Source: a virus (Duplodnaviria > Caudoviricetes). From it: a DNA stretch of 64,000 nucleotides. Numbering within the stretch: position 1 is the stretch's first letter; each line of letters starts with the position of its first letter. Positions 1 through 9,606 of this stretch are shown here, piece by piece. The stretch covers positions 274-64,273 of IMG/VR virus record IMGVR_UViG_3300031867_000049; one strand, 5' to 3'. The notes beneath the pieces were generated by a model. The model was given only the letters and a program-made list of their open reading frames with translations, was not told where the DNA came from and searched no databases. A program made the position numbers and the translations under genes.

Positions 1-2
1 CC

Positions 3-296
3 ACCACTCAAGAAGGCAGAGAGGCTCAATTGGTGGCTCTGGCATACGATAGAGTTGAGCAGCGTCTTTTGGATGGAACCGCATCCGGTCAAGAGATCAC
101 CGCTCTAATTAAACTCGGTTCGGAGAAAGCTAAGCTCGAGCGAGAGAAGCTTCGCAATGAAACCGAGGTACTTAAATCAAAGAAAGAAGTTCTCGATGCA
201 AGTAAGAGGACAGATGAAATGTATGAAAAGGCTCTGGCGGCAATGAGAGCCTACAGTGGTATTGAGGAGATGGAAGATGATCCGTACTTACTCTGA
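3..296 (+). CDS. Probable terminase small subunit, 5'-truncated by window edge
   Basis: Frame is open from base 3 (TTQEGREAQLVALA...); helical protein upstream of HNH and TerL. Confidence 0.55.
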   Translation, partial: TTQEGREAQLVALAYDRVEQRLLDGTASGQEITALIKLGSEKAKLEREKLRNETEVLKSKKEVLDASKRTDEMYEKALAAMRAYSGIEEMEDDPYLL

Positions 297-702
297 ATTA
301 ATCACGATACCGACATTCATTGAAAGGTATCGATATTTAAAACTAGGTGATAGAGTCGGAGAAGAAACATTCGGCTTTGACAGATACATCAATCAAGCAT
401 TCTACCATTCAAAGGAATGGAAGCAGCTTAGATCACAAATCATAGCAAGAGATTTAGGATGCGATTTGGCGTTCCCGACAAGAGAGATTCCAAAAGGTGT
501 AAAAGTATTTATTCACCATATGAATCCAATCGACGTGAACGATCTTTTATGCTCTTCGGATTATCTTGCAAATCCGGAGTACCTTATTACAACAATTAAA
601 GTAACGCACGATGCAATTCATTACGGAGACGAGTCCCTTCTTTTCGAAGAAGAGCCTGTGATTCGTACTCCAAATGACACTTGTCCTTGGAGGTTGCAAT
701 GA
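277..702 (+). CDS. HNH endonuclease (packaging-associated)
   Basis: RDLGCDL...IHHMNP...THDAIH motifs; RBS GAGGAG before ATG277. Confidence 0.85.
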   Translation: MIRTYSELITIPTFIERYRYLKLGDRVGEETFGFDRYINQAFYHSKEWKQLRSQIIARDLGCDLAFPTREIPKGVKVFIHHMNPIDVNDLLCSSDYLANPEYLITTIKVTHDAIHYGDESLLFEEEPVIRTPNDTCPWRLQ

Positions 703-1061
703 GTGATTTAAACACAGAAGATAGCATCTTGCTATCAATCAAGAAACTGATAGGCGGACTTGATGAAGAAGATACGAGTTTCGATATGGATCTCATAGTT
801 TTCATTAATTCTACCTTTACAGTTTTAGCCCAGGTTGGAGTAGGCCCTGCCGAACCATTTAGGATTTCAGATAAAACCGCTAAATGGTCCGACTTCGACT
901 ATGATGATCTTGAGGCGGTTAAAGAGTATATGTTTCTAAAAGTTAAGATGACATTTGATCCACCACTAAATGGTTCTGTTATGGATGCCTATAGGCAAAG
1001 AGCAAATGAACTTGAGTGGAGACTGAATGTTTTCTCGGAGGAACTACATGATGAAGAATAA
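699..1061 (+). CDS. Putative head-tail adaptor
   Basis: SILLSIKKLIG...KMTFDPP...EWRL; size and position in head module. Confidence 0.5.
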   Translation: MSDLNTEDSILLSIKKLIGGLDEEDTSFDMDLIVFINSTFTVLAQVGVGPAEPFRISDKTAKWSDFDYDDLEAVKEYMFLKVKMTFDPPLNGSVMDAYRQRANELEWRLNVFSEELHDEE

Positions 1062-2214
1062 ACCTGTTACAGAACTCGATAATGAACTTTATCATTATGG
1101 AGTTCTCGGAATGCATTGGGGAATAAGGCGTTTTCAGCCATATTCTCTTATACCTAGAAAGAGTGGTAAAGGCGGCAAGGAAACAGGGCAGGCAAAGAAA
1201 GCATCCAAATCAAGAGTTACTACGTCAGTTACTAAAACGGTAAGTAAACTCAAGAATGGAAAGGTAACAACTAAATCAACAAAGAAAGTTTCAGAGCTTA
1301 AAGAAGTATCGGAGCCAAAGAAGAGCAGAAATCAGAAATCTGCAGAAGCAAAAGCAGCTGTAGAAGCTCAGGCGAAAACAGCAAGGCAGAGAAAAGAAGA
1401 ACTTGATAATCTTGTTCGAACAGGAACGGCTACTGAGATTTATAATCATAGAAGCGAACTTACTAAATCGCAGCTTAATGATGCAGTAAATCGTCTTAAT
1501 ACAGAGAAAACGCTTCGAGCATTAGTTGCCGAAGAAAACCCTACAAAGATGCAAAAGCTTATCAAAGAACTTGATAATGTTAATGATCTTACTAAGAAAG
1601 GCCTTAACTATTACGATACAGTAAGTAAGGTGAAGAAGAATGTTGACGACATTAAGAAGGACATTAGTGACAAAGAGAAAGCTGACTTTTTAAAGAATGC
1701 AACGTTAGATGAAATAATGGAGCGACGTAAAGATTTCTCGAATAGCGATCTTACGGAGGCTAAGAACAAAGAAGCGACAGTTAAATCGTACTATGATGAT
1801 AAGTTCTTAAAGAATGCTTCATATGATGAAGTAATGAAACGTAGTAATGACTTCTCAGTGAAGCAATTAAGTGAATCAAAAGCTCATCAGAAATTTTATG
1901 ATGAGTATAAGGCTGATGTCGAGCAGAAGAAAGCGGCAGAAGCAGAAAAAAGAAGAATGAGAAATGAAGCTTTAGGAAAGAAGGCTAAAGAGAAATTTAA
2001 TAAAGATAATCCTTTTGATTATGTTTCTCCAGAATTTAAGAAAGAGCGTACCGATGCTGAGCGTCGTAATTATTTGAAGAAATCAATTAATGAAATCGAA
2101 AGTGGTAATTACGATCATGCAGAAGCAAAACGTCAAGGAGAGCAGAGGAAACTCTTTGATGAATACTTTGAATCTGAAGTAGCAAAAACTCAGCAAAAGA
2201 AAAAGAAGAAGTAA
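1048..2214 (+). CDS. Lys-rich putative internal head protein with LYH|YGVLGMHWG leader
   Basis: RBS GGAGGA at 1037; HYG..GM.WG motif; internal FLKNA..DE.M.R..DFS repeat; ends in KKKKK. Confidence 0.7.
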   Translation: MMKNKPVTELDNELYHYGVLGMHWGIRRFQPYSLIPRKSGKGGKETGQAKKASKSRVTTSVTKTVSKLKNGKVTTKSTKKVSELKEVSEPKKSRNQKSAEAKAAVEAQAKTARQRKEELDNLVRTGTATEIYNHRSELTKSQLNDAVNRLNTEKTLRALVAEENPTKMQKLIKELDNVNDLTKKGLNYYDTVSKVKKNVDDIKKDISDKEKADFLKNATLDEIMERRKDFSNSDLTEAKNKEATVKSYYDDKFLKNASYDEVMKRSNDFSVKQLSESKAHQKFYDEYKADVEQKKAAEAEKRRMRNEALGKKAKEKFNKDNPFDYVSPEFKKERTDAERRNYLKKSINEIESGNYDHAEAKRQGEQRKLFDEYFESEVAKTQQKKKKK

Positions 2215-2243
2215 TGATGTGTACTGTAGCATTTATGACTATT

Positions 2244-2274
2244 TTAGCTAGGTTACCAACTAGCTAATTTTTTT
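2244..2274 (+). terminator. Intrinsic terminator-like hairpin before terL
   Basis: TTAGCTAG-gttaccaa-CTAGCTAA followed by T-tract. Confidence 0.75.
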
Positions 2275-2288
2275 ATTTTGGAGGTATT

Positions 2289-4037
2289 ATGTCTTTATCA
2301 AACACAGCAACTCCATACTATTATGGCCTATTTAGAGATGCTGTAATACGAGGAGACATACCTGTAAACCGTGAGATTTCAATGGAGATGAATCGAATAG
2401 ATGCACTGATTGAAAATCCTGCAGTTTACTATGATGAAGATGCCATTAAAGGATGGGTTAAGTATTGTGAAAGCGAATTGACACTAACTGATGGCACAGA
2501 TCTTCATCTATTAGATACTTTTAAGTTATGGGGCGAGCAAATCTTCGGATGGTACTATTTTGTCGAGAAAGAAGTACCAGTTCCAGATGAAGAGGGAAGC
2601 GGTGTCCATTATGAGAGAAAGATTATTAAGAAGAGACTTGTTAATAAGCAGTTTCTGATAGTAGCAAGAGGTGCTGCAAAATCAATGTACGCGTCTTGTT
2701 TACAAAGTTTCTTTCTTAATGTCGACACATCAACGACTCATCAGATTACTACTGCTCCAACAATGAAACTTTCAGAAGAAGTATTGTCACCAATAAGGAC
2801 TTCTATTATCAGATCCCGAGGCCCGTTGTTCAAGTTCTTAACGGAGGGATCTTTACAGAATACTACGGGATCCAAAGCGAATCGAACAAAACTGGCATCT
2901 ACAAAGAAGGGTATTGAGAACTTTCTTACAGGATCGTTATTAGAGATTCGTCCGATGAGTATTAACAAGCTTCAAGGTCTTCGATGTAAAGTCGCTACAG
3001 TTGATGAGTGGCTTTCTGGAGATCTAAGAGAAGATCCAATTGGCGCTATAGAGCAGGGCGCCTCCAAGATAGATGATTATCTAATCGTAGCTACTAGTTC
3101 TGAGGGTACGGTTCGTAATGGGTCGGGAGACACAATCAAAATGGAGCTAATGAAGATTCTTAAAGGAGAATATGAGAATCTTCATGTGTCCATTTGGTAT
3201 TACAGACTCGACGATATTAAAGAGGTTGACGAACCTGAAGCATGGATTAAGGCCAATCCAAATCTCGGAAAGACAGTAAGCTATGAAACATATCAGCTTG
3301 ACGTTGAAAGAGCAGAGAATGCTCCTGCAGCAAGAAACGATATATTAGCAAAACGTTTTGGTATACCTATGGAAGGGTATACCTATTTCTTTACATATGA
3401 AGAAACGCTTCCTCATAAGCGTAAGCGAAATTTTTGGAAAATGTCATGTGCACTTGGAGCTGACCTTTCACAGGGTGATGACTTTTGTGCATTTACATTT
3501 TTATTCCCGTTGTCTAATGGATTATTTGGAGTTAAAACACGAAGCTACATAACAAGGCTTACTCTTGATAACCTCCCTTTGGCTATGAGGCTAAAGTATC
3601 AGGATTTTATGCAAGAAGGGAGCCTTATCGTTCTCGAAGGAAAAGTTCTCGATATGATGGAAGTTTATGAGGACCTTGAGCAGCACATAATTGATAAAGA
3701 TTACGATGTTGCTGCTTTTGGTTATGACCCTTATAATGCCAAAGAGTTTGTTGAGAGATGGGAAACCGAGAATGGTCCATTTGGCATCGAGAAAGTTCCT
3801 CAGGGATCAAAGACCGAATCAGTTCCTCTTGGAGAACTTAAGATTTTAGCTTCTGAAAGAGCACTTTTGTTTGACGAGGAACTTATGTCTTTTGCCATGG
3901 GTAATTGTATAACTCTTGAAGATACTAATGGGAACAGAAAGCTTCTTAAGAAGCGGCATGAGATGAAAATCGACAATGTTGCAGCGCTTATGGATGCTTA
4001 CATTGCTTATAAGGCTAATAAGGATGCGTTTGAATAA
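2289..4037 (+). CDS. terL: Terminase large subunit
   Basis: Walker A-like ARGAAKS, Walker B VATVDE, nuclease GADLS and KIDNVAA motifs. Confidence 0.95.
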   Translation: MSLSNTATPYYYGLFRDAVIRGDIPVNREISMEMNRIDALIENPAVYYDEDAIKGWVKYCESELTLTDGTDLHLLDTFKLWGEQIFGWYYFVEKEVPVPDEEGSGVHYERKIIKKRLVNKQFLIVARGAAKSMYASCLQSFFLNVDTSTTHQITTAPTMKLSEEVLSPIRTSIIRSRGPLFKFLTEGSLQNTTGSKANRTKLASTKKGIENFLTGSLLEIRPMSINKLQGLRCKVATVDEWLSGDLREDPIGAIEQGASKIDDYLIVATSSEGTVRNGSGDTIKMELMKILKGEYENLHVSIWYYRLDDIKEVDEPEAWIKANPNLGKTVSYETYQLDVERAENAPAARNDILAKRFGIPMEGYTYFFTYEETLPHKRKRNFWKMSCALGADLSQGDDFCAFTFLFPLSNGLFGVKTRSYITRLTLDNLPLAMRLKYQDFMQEGSLIVLEGKVLDMMEVYEDLEQHIIDKDYDVAAFGYDPYNAKEFVERWETENGPFGIEKVPQGSKTESVPLGELKILASERALLFDEELMSFAMGNCITLEDTNGNRKLLKKRHEMKIDNVAALMDAYIAYKANKDAFE

Positions 4038-4048
4038 TGGAGGTAATC

Positions 4049-4654
4049 ATGTACAGTAAAAACGATTACAGATATTACCTTGAAAGCCGTCTTGAAGAAT
4101 CGGATGATTACCTTGCTCATTACGGCGTGAAAGGTATGAAGTGGCATAAACATAAGTCCGGAGTAAAGGATTGGTTAAAAAGTCAGTTTAGTTTAAATAC
4201 TCCGATTGCGCAGAATACAAAAGTGGTTGATAATGTTCAAACCAAAAATAAACAAATTCAGTCGACAGGGCAGGATGTAAACAATATTCTTGTGGGCTCA
4301 ATAAGAAGGCAAAATAGGCCATTAAGTAGACTTAAGAGAACTGCTAAGATGTTTACAACTAGGGAGCCAAGCCTTGAAGAACGAAAGCTTAATAATATGC
4401 GTAAAAATGTCAATGCGACTGCCAATAATAAAACGGCGCATGGAAGAATTGATCACATAGCAAAGAAAGCTGCGTATAATACAGAGCTGAAAAATTATGC
4501 TGATTCTCAGAAGCCAAAGAAACGTAAAAAGAAACAAACAATAGAAACTCTTAATACACACAAGCGTTCCAAAAAAGAGGCTAAATGGAATAAAGAGATG
4601 CAAAGCTATGGAAAGGAATACCTTGCTAGCCAAAGTAAAAAGAAAAGGAGGTAA
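4049..4654 (+). CDS. Basic putative internal head protein A (LAH|YGVKGMKW leader)
   Basis: RBS GGAGGT at 4039; very Lys/Arg-rich; lies between terL and portal. Confidence 0.7.
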   Translation: MYSKNDYRYYLESRLEESDDYLAHYGVKGMKWHKHKSGVKDWLKSQFSLNTPIAQNTKVVDNVQTKNKQIQSTGQDVNNILVGSIRRQNRPLSRLKRTAKMFTTREPSLEERKLNNMRKNVNATANNKTAHGRIDHIAKKAAYNTELKNYADSQKPKKRKKKQTIETLNTHKRSKKEAKWNKEMQSYGKEYLASQSKKKRR

Positions 4655-4656
4655 CT

Positions 4657-5055
4657 ATGTATAGTAAAAACGACTATAGATATTACCTCGAGCATCGTCT
4701 TTCTAACTCTGATGATTATTTAGCCCATTATGGTGTCAAAGGCATGAAATGGAACAAACGAAAAGCTACCAGGACTATTGGCGATACAGCGCAATTTGTT
4801 TCCGATAAAGGCTTTCTTAGTTATGTCGATGCTGAGAAGAAGTCTAAAAAAGCATCTGCTAAATTGGCAAAAAAGCTTCGTATGGACAAAGTTGGCGAGT
4901 CTGCAAAAAAATCAGCTGAGAATGCGAAGATGCTCAGAAGAAAAGCTCCGCAGATTAAAGCCGCCTCAAGGCTACTTGTAGCTGAAACTGCTAATGCCGC
5001 TGAAAGTGGTATTAAAGGTGCGATTAAAACTAAAAGAAAGAAGAGGAGGCGTTAA
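4657..5055 (+). CDS. Basic putative internal head protein B (LAH|YGVKGMKW leader)
   Basis: First ~32 aa nearly identical to 4049 ORF; ends in KRKKRRR. Confidence 0.7.
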   Translation: MYSKNDYRYYLEHRLSNSDDYLAHYGVKGMKWNKRKATRTIGDTAQFVSDKGFLSYVDAEKKSKKASAKLAKKLRMDKVGESAKKSAENAKMLRRKAPQIKAASRLLVAETANAAESGIKGAIKTKRKKRRR

Positions 5056-6344
5056 TGGAATATAAATTTTCGGATCGCCTCCAGCATGCCTGGAGTGCTT
5101 TAACTAGAGCTCCGACGCCACCAACCCAGATCACATATGGCGAATCATCGTCATATCGACCGGATAGGCGAAGGCTTACACGAGGTAATGAGAGGTCTAT
5201 TGTGACCTCAATATACAACAGAATAGCAATGGATGTAGCGGCTGTTGACATTAAGCATGTAAGGCTTGATGAAAATGACCGCTTTTTAGATGAAATGGAT
5301 ACAGGTCTTAATGAGGCCTTAACTCTTAGTGCAAATATAGATCAGACAGGAAGAGCCTTTATTCAGGATGTTGTTATGTCAATGTTCGATGAAGGCGTAG
5401 TTGCTATTATGCCGACTGAGACAACAGTAACACCAAACGAAACAGGTTCTTTTGATGTCCTTTCGTTCCGTACTGCAAAGATTGTTTCCTGGTATCCACA
5501 GCATGTAAAACTTCGTTTTTATAATGAAGTAACTGGAAAACCAGCCGAAATAATCATGCACAAAAAGAGTGTTGGTATTATTGAGAATCCATTTTATGCA
5601 GTAATGAATGAGCCAAACTCCACTTATCAGAGACTCGTTAGGAAGCTCAATCTTCTTGATGCTGTTGATGAACAGAGCGGAGCTGGCAAACTTGATATTA
5701 TTATCCAACTTCCTTACACCGTTAAGAATGATACCAGAAGGAATCAGGCTGAAAAGCGTCGTAAGGATATAGAAACGCAACTTGCCGGATCTAAATACGG
5801 AATAGCATACGTTGACGCAACTGAAAAGATTACTCAGCTTAATCGTCCTGTTGAGAACAATCTTATGAAGCAAATCGAGTATCTAACGAGTACACTATAT
5901 GGGCAGTTAGGGATTACCGAGGAGATTCTTAAGGGAACGGCGGACGAGAAGACCATGCTGAATTACTACAATTCAACCATTGAGCCGATCCTTTCAGCTA
6001 TTACTAATGAGCTTAAACGTAAGTTCCTAACCAAGACTGCCAGAACTCGCGGTCAGTCTATTGAATTCTTCAGAGATCCGTTCAGGTTGGTACCAGTTAA
6101 TAGTATTGCTGACATTGCTGATAAGTTTACAAGAAACGAAGTCATGACGTCGAATGAAATCAGACAGGTTATTGGCATTAAGCCTTCTGATGATCCGAAG
6201 GCAGACATGCTTGTTAATAGTAATCTTAATCAGTCGCCAGAGCAGCTCGCAATGCAAATGGGTGTTCAACCAGGAATGTCTATGCAGGATGAAACAGTTG
6301 GAGCAGATTATGATCCGATGCAAACGCCTGTCAGCGAACTATAA
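5055..6344 (+). CDS. Portal protein (HK97-like)
   Basis: 429 aa, directly before protease/capsid; typical portal segments (LSANIDQTG, PIL.AI..EL.RKFL). Confidence 0.9.
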   Translation: MEYKFSDRLQHAWSALTRAPTPPTQITYGESSSYRPDRRRLTRGNERSIVTSIYNRIAMDVAAVDIKHVRLDENDRFLDEMDTGLNEALTLSANIDQTGRAFIQDVVMSMFDEGVVAIMPTETTVTPNETGSFDVLSFRTAKIVSWYPQHVKLRFYNEVTGKPAEIIMHKKSVGIIENPFYAVMNEPNSTYQRLVRKLNLLDAVDEQSGAGKLDIIIQLPYTVKNDTRRNQAEKRRKDIETQLAGSKYGIAYVDATEKITQLNRPVENNLMKQIEYLTSTLYGQLGITEEILKGTADEKTMLNYYNSTIEPILSAITNELKRKFLTKTARTRGQSIEFFRDPFRLVPVNSIADIADKFTRNEVMTSNEIRQVIGIKPSDDPKADMLVNSNLNQSPEQLAMQMGVQPGMSMQDETVGADYDPMQTPVSEL

Positions 6345-6367
6345 CAAACTTTTAAGGAGAATTCAAA

Positions 6368-8218
6368 ATGGCAAAGAAAACTTATGACTTTAGTGGCTGG
6401 GCTACTAAATTCAACATTAAGTGTGCCGATGGAAGAACAATCCGAGAGTCTGCTTTCAAACAGAATGATGGAAAAGTTGTACCGCTTGTATATATGCATG
6501 ACCATTACGATCCAGAAAATGTTCTCGGTCATGCGCTTCTAGAGTATAGACCTCCGGAAGGAGTTTATGCTTATGGAAAATTTAACAATACATCAAGAGG
6601 ACAGCATGCAAAAGAGATGGTACGAAACGATGACGTACTGTCTCTTTCTATTTATGCCAATAACTTGAAAGAAGACAAGACTACTGGGGAAGTTTTCCAC
6701 GGTGCAATCAGAGAACTCAGTCTTGTTCTTGCAGGGGCAAATCCTGAAGCTAGGATAGACATGCCTTATCTTGAACATGCTGATGGCGAATCTTTTGAAG
6801 CTGAAATTTTCTGCGGTGAACAAGAGCTTGAACTCTATCACTCAGAAGAAGCGGCAGAGAGTGAAGAAGGAGAAGATATGGCAAAGGATAACACCGAAGA
6901 AAGAACAGTTCAGGATGTTCTGGACGAGATGAGTGAAGAGCAGCAGAAAGTGGTCGCTTACCTGCTCGATGAAAAGGAAAAGGAAGTTCTCGAGTCTCTC
7001 GAAGATGAAGAAGAGTACGAAGACGATGAGGACTATGAAGACGAAGAAGACGATGAAGAAGAATATGATGATTCCGAAGAGGAGGAAGAAATGAAGCACA
7101 ACGCATTTGATTCTGCAACAAGAACCGATAACTATCTGAGCCACGATGACATGAAGGCTATCATTGATTCAGCAGTTCGTGGCAAAACATCGCTTAGAGA
7201 TACTGTTGAGGCTCATATTGAGGATGGCATCCTCTCGCACGCTGTTCCTATGGACGGAATGGTAGGCCCTTCGAGTGAAACAGCTAGCCAGACTTATGGT
7301 GTAAGAGATCTTGATATGCTCTTCCCAGAGCCAAAGTCACTTAACAATCCGCCTGAGTGGATCAAGAGAGAAACCGGCTGGGTTGACGTAGTTATGAATG
7401 GTGTTCACCACACACCTTTCTCGAGAATTAAGTCCCAGTATGCAAACATTACCGAGGATGATGCTCGCGCAAGGGGTTACATTAAGGGTAAGCAGAAGAA
7501 GGAAGAGGTCTTCACGCTGCTCAAGAGAACAACCACACCGCAGACAATCTACAAGAAGCAGAGACTGGATAGAGATGACATTACTGACATCACTGACTTC
7601 GATGTAGTAGCTTGGATCAAGGGCGAGATGAGAATGATGCTCGATGAGGAAATCGCAAGAGCTATTCTTATCGGTGACGGCAGAGAGTCAGATTCCGATG
7701 ACAAGATTCACGAGCTGAACGTAAGACCTATTGCTACAGATGTTGATCTCTTCAACATTAAGGCTTCTGTTAATGTTAAGGCTGACGCTACTGATGATGT
7801 TGTTGCTAAGACATTCATCGACACAGTAATAAGATCCAGAAAGAAGTATAAGGGATCCGGTAACCCTGTTATGTTTACAACAGCTGACATGCTGACTGAG
7901 ATGCTTCTGCTTGAGGACGGAATTGGTCACAAGCTGTATAAGTCCGTTGCTGAGCTGACAACTGCTCTGAGAGTATCAAGAATCGTTGAGGTTGAAGTAA
8001 TGGAAGGACAGACTATCAATGACAAGCCGCTTGCAGCTATTATCGTTAACCTTCAGGACTACAATGTTGGTGCTGATAAGGGTGGCGCTGTATCGCTGTT
8101 CGATGACTTCGACATCGATTACAACCAGTACAAGTACCTCATCGAGACACGTTGCTCTGGCGCTCTGATCAAGCCGTTCTCAGCTATCACAGTTACTGTT
8201 AACAGAGTAAGTGCGTAA
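6368..8218 (+). CDS. Prohead protease + acidic scaffold + major capsid protein fusion
   Basis: N-terminal HK97-type protease (YMHDH, ELSLV), Glu/Asp-rich linker at ~aa160-241, capsid-sized C-terminal domain ending ETRCSGAL. Confidence 0.9.
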   Translation: MAKKTYDFSGWATKFNIKCADGRTIRESAFKQNDGKVVPLVYMHDHYDPENVLGHALLEYRPPEGVYAYGKFNNTSRGQHAKEMVRNDDVLSLSIYANNLKEDKTTGEVFHGAIRELSLVLAGANPEARIDMPYLEHADGESFEAEIFCGEQELELYHSEEAAESEEGEDMAKDNTEERTVQDVLDEMSEEQQKVVAYLLDEKEKEVLESLEDEEEYEDDEDYEDEEDDEEEYDDSEEEEEMKHNAFDSATRTDNYLSHDDMKAIIDSAVRGKTSLRDTVEAHIEDGILSHAVPMDGMVGPSSETASQTYGVRDLDMLFPEPKSLNNPPEWIKRETGWVDVVMNGVHHTPFSRIKSQYANITEDDARARGYIKGKQKKEEVFTLLKRTTTPQTIYKKQRLDRDDITDITDFDVVAWIKGEMRMMLDEEIARAILIGDGRESDSDDKIHELNVRPIATDVDLFNIKASVNVKADATDDVVAKTFIDTVIRSRKKYKGSGNPVMFTTADMLTEMLLLEDGIGHKLYKSVAELTTALRVSRIVEVEVMEGQTINDKPLAAIIVNLQDYNVGADKGGAVSLFDDFDIDYNQYKYLIETRCSGALIKPFSAITVTVNRVSA

Positions 8219-8237
8219 TTAATCGGAGGAATTCAAA

Positions 8238-8570
8238 ATGGCCAAATTTCATGGAATAGTTGGCTACGTAAAGACTGAAGAAATTAGGCCTGGAGTATGG
8301 GAACCAGTCATTGCTGAAAAGGTGTACTTTGGTGAATTTAATAGACTTTCAAAGAGCTGGCAAAACGGTGCAAAAGTTAATTCCGATATCGTCATCAGAG
8401 CAGAAGTAAGTATCGTAGCCGACCCATACTTAATCAGCCATAAGCATAACATCAGGTATGTTGTGATTGATGGAACGCCTTGGGAGGTCTCGTCGATTGA
8501 GCCGAATCACCCAAGGCTTATTCTTAATTTGGGAGGTGTTTACAATGGCAAACGACCTGGAGACGAGTAG
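8238..8570 (+). CDS. Head-tail stopper (head closure)
   Basis: Follows capsid gene; IRYVVIDGTPWEVSSIE beta-rich pattern. Confidence 0.7.
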   Translation: MAKFHGIVGYVKTEEIRPGVWEPVIAEKVYFGEFNRLSKSWQNGAKVNSDIVIRAEVSIVADPYLISHKHNIRYVVIDGTPWEVSSIEPNHPRLILNLGGVYNGKRPGDE

Positions 8571-8871
8571 ACTTAAGCTTCATGAAGAGCTTGAGACTAA
8601 ACTCGGAATTAATAATCGTTACTTTCAGCCTCCTGAATCCGTTAAGCTCAAATACCCGGCAGTTATTTATGATCTTTATAGGCTGAATCAAAGATTTGCC
8701 AATGATGCTCCATATCGAAAGCTTCCATGCTATTCGGTATCAATTATAACCAGATCAGCAGATATCGATTACATAAGCAAGATGCTTGACAGTTTTAGAT
8801 ACTGCTCTCTGGAAAGAGTATATGTGGCAGACAACTTACAACATTACAATTTTATACTTTACTATTTATAA
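8545..8871 (+). CDS. Tail terminator
   Basis: YFQPPESVKLKYPAVIY motif; directly before major tail gene; start refined to ATG8545. Confidence 0.65.
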   Translation: MANDLETSRLKLHEELETKLGINNRYFQPPESVKLKYPAVIYDLYRLNQRFANDAPYRKLPCYSVSIITRSADIDYISKMLDSFRYCSLERVYVADNLQHYNFILYYL

Positions 8872-8885
8872 TAGGAGGAATACAC

Positions 8886-9542
8886 ATGGCTAGACTTGTA
8901 TGGGATAAAACAGGTGAGCGTTTCTATGAAACTGGTGTGAAGAACGGTGTTCTTTATCCGGTTGTTAATGGTTCATACCCTAAGGGTGTTGTATGGAATG
9001 GTCTTACATCTGTATCAGAGAGCCCTTCTGGTGCTGATGCTAATGCTATTTATGCTGACGACATCAAGTACCTCGAGCTGAGAGCTGCTGAGGAATTTGG
9101 TGCTACAGTTGAAGCATATACATATCCTGACGAATTCGCAGTATGCGACGGTTCTGCTTCTGTAGCTGAGGGTGTTACGATTGGACAGCAGGCAAGACAG
9201 CCATTTGGTCTTTGCTACAGAACTGTTCTTGGTAACGATTCTAAGAGAGATGAGTATGGTTATAAGCTCCACCTCATCTACAACGCTACAGCATCTCCTT
9301 CGGAGAGAAGCTATCAGACAATCAATGATTCGCCTGAAGCTATTACATTCAGCTGGGAGATGACAACTACACCTGTAGCTGTTGAAGGCTATAAGCCGAC
9401 TGCTTGCATGATTATCGATTCTACAAAGGCTGACGCTGCTAAGCTGAAGGCTCTCGAGGACATTCTGTATGGAACAGAGGAGAATGAAGCAAGACTCCCT
9501 CTTCCAGACGAAGTAATCACACTGATGAAGAAGACTGCTTAA
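8886..9542 (+). CDS. Major tail protein
   Basis: RLVWD..GERFYETGV..GVLY; position; followed by a terminator. Confidence 0.85.
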   Translation: MARLVWDKTGERFYETGVKNGVLYPVVNGSYPKGVVWNGLTSVSESPSGADANAIYADDIKYLELRAAEEFGATVEAYTYPDEFAVCDGSASVAEGVTIGQQARQPFGLCYRTVLGNDSKRDEYGYKLHLIYNATASPSERSYQTINDSPEAITFSWEMTTTPVAVEGYKPTACMIIDSTKADAAKLKALEDILYGTEENEARLPLPDEVITLMKKTA

Positions 9543-9561
9543 GTCTAATTAGTTATATTTT

Positions 9562-9587
9562 GGGGCTCTTTCAAGGGCCCCTTTTTT
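9562..9587 (+). terminator. Intrinsic terminator after major tail gene
   Basis: GGGGCTCT-ttca-AGGGCCCC + T6. Confidence 0.8.
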
Positions 9588-9606
9588 ATATGAAAGGAGT
9601 AACAAC

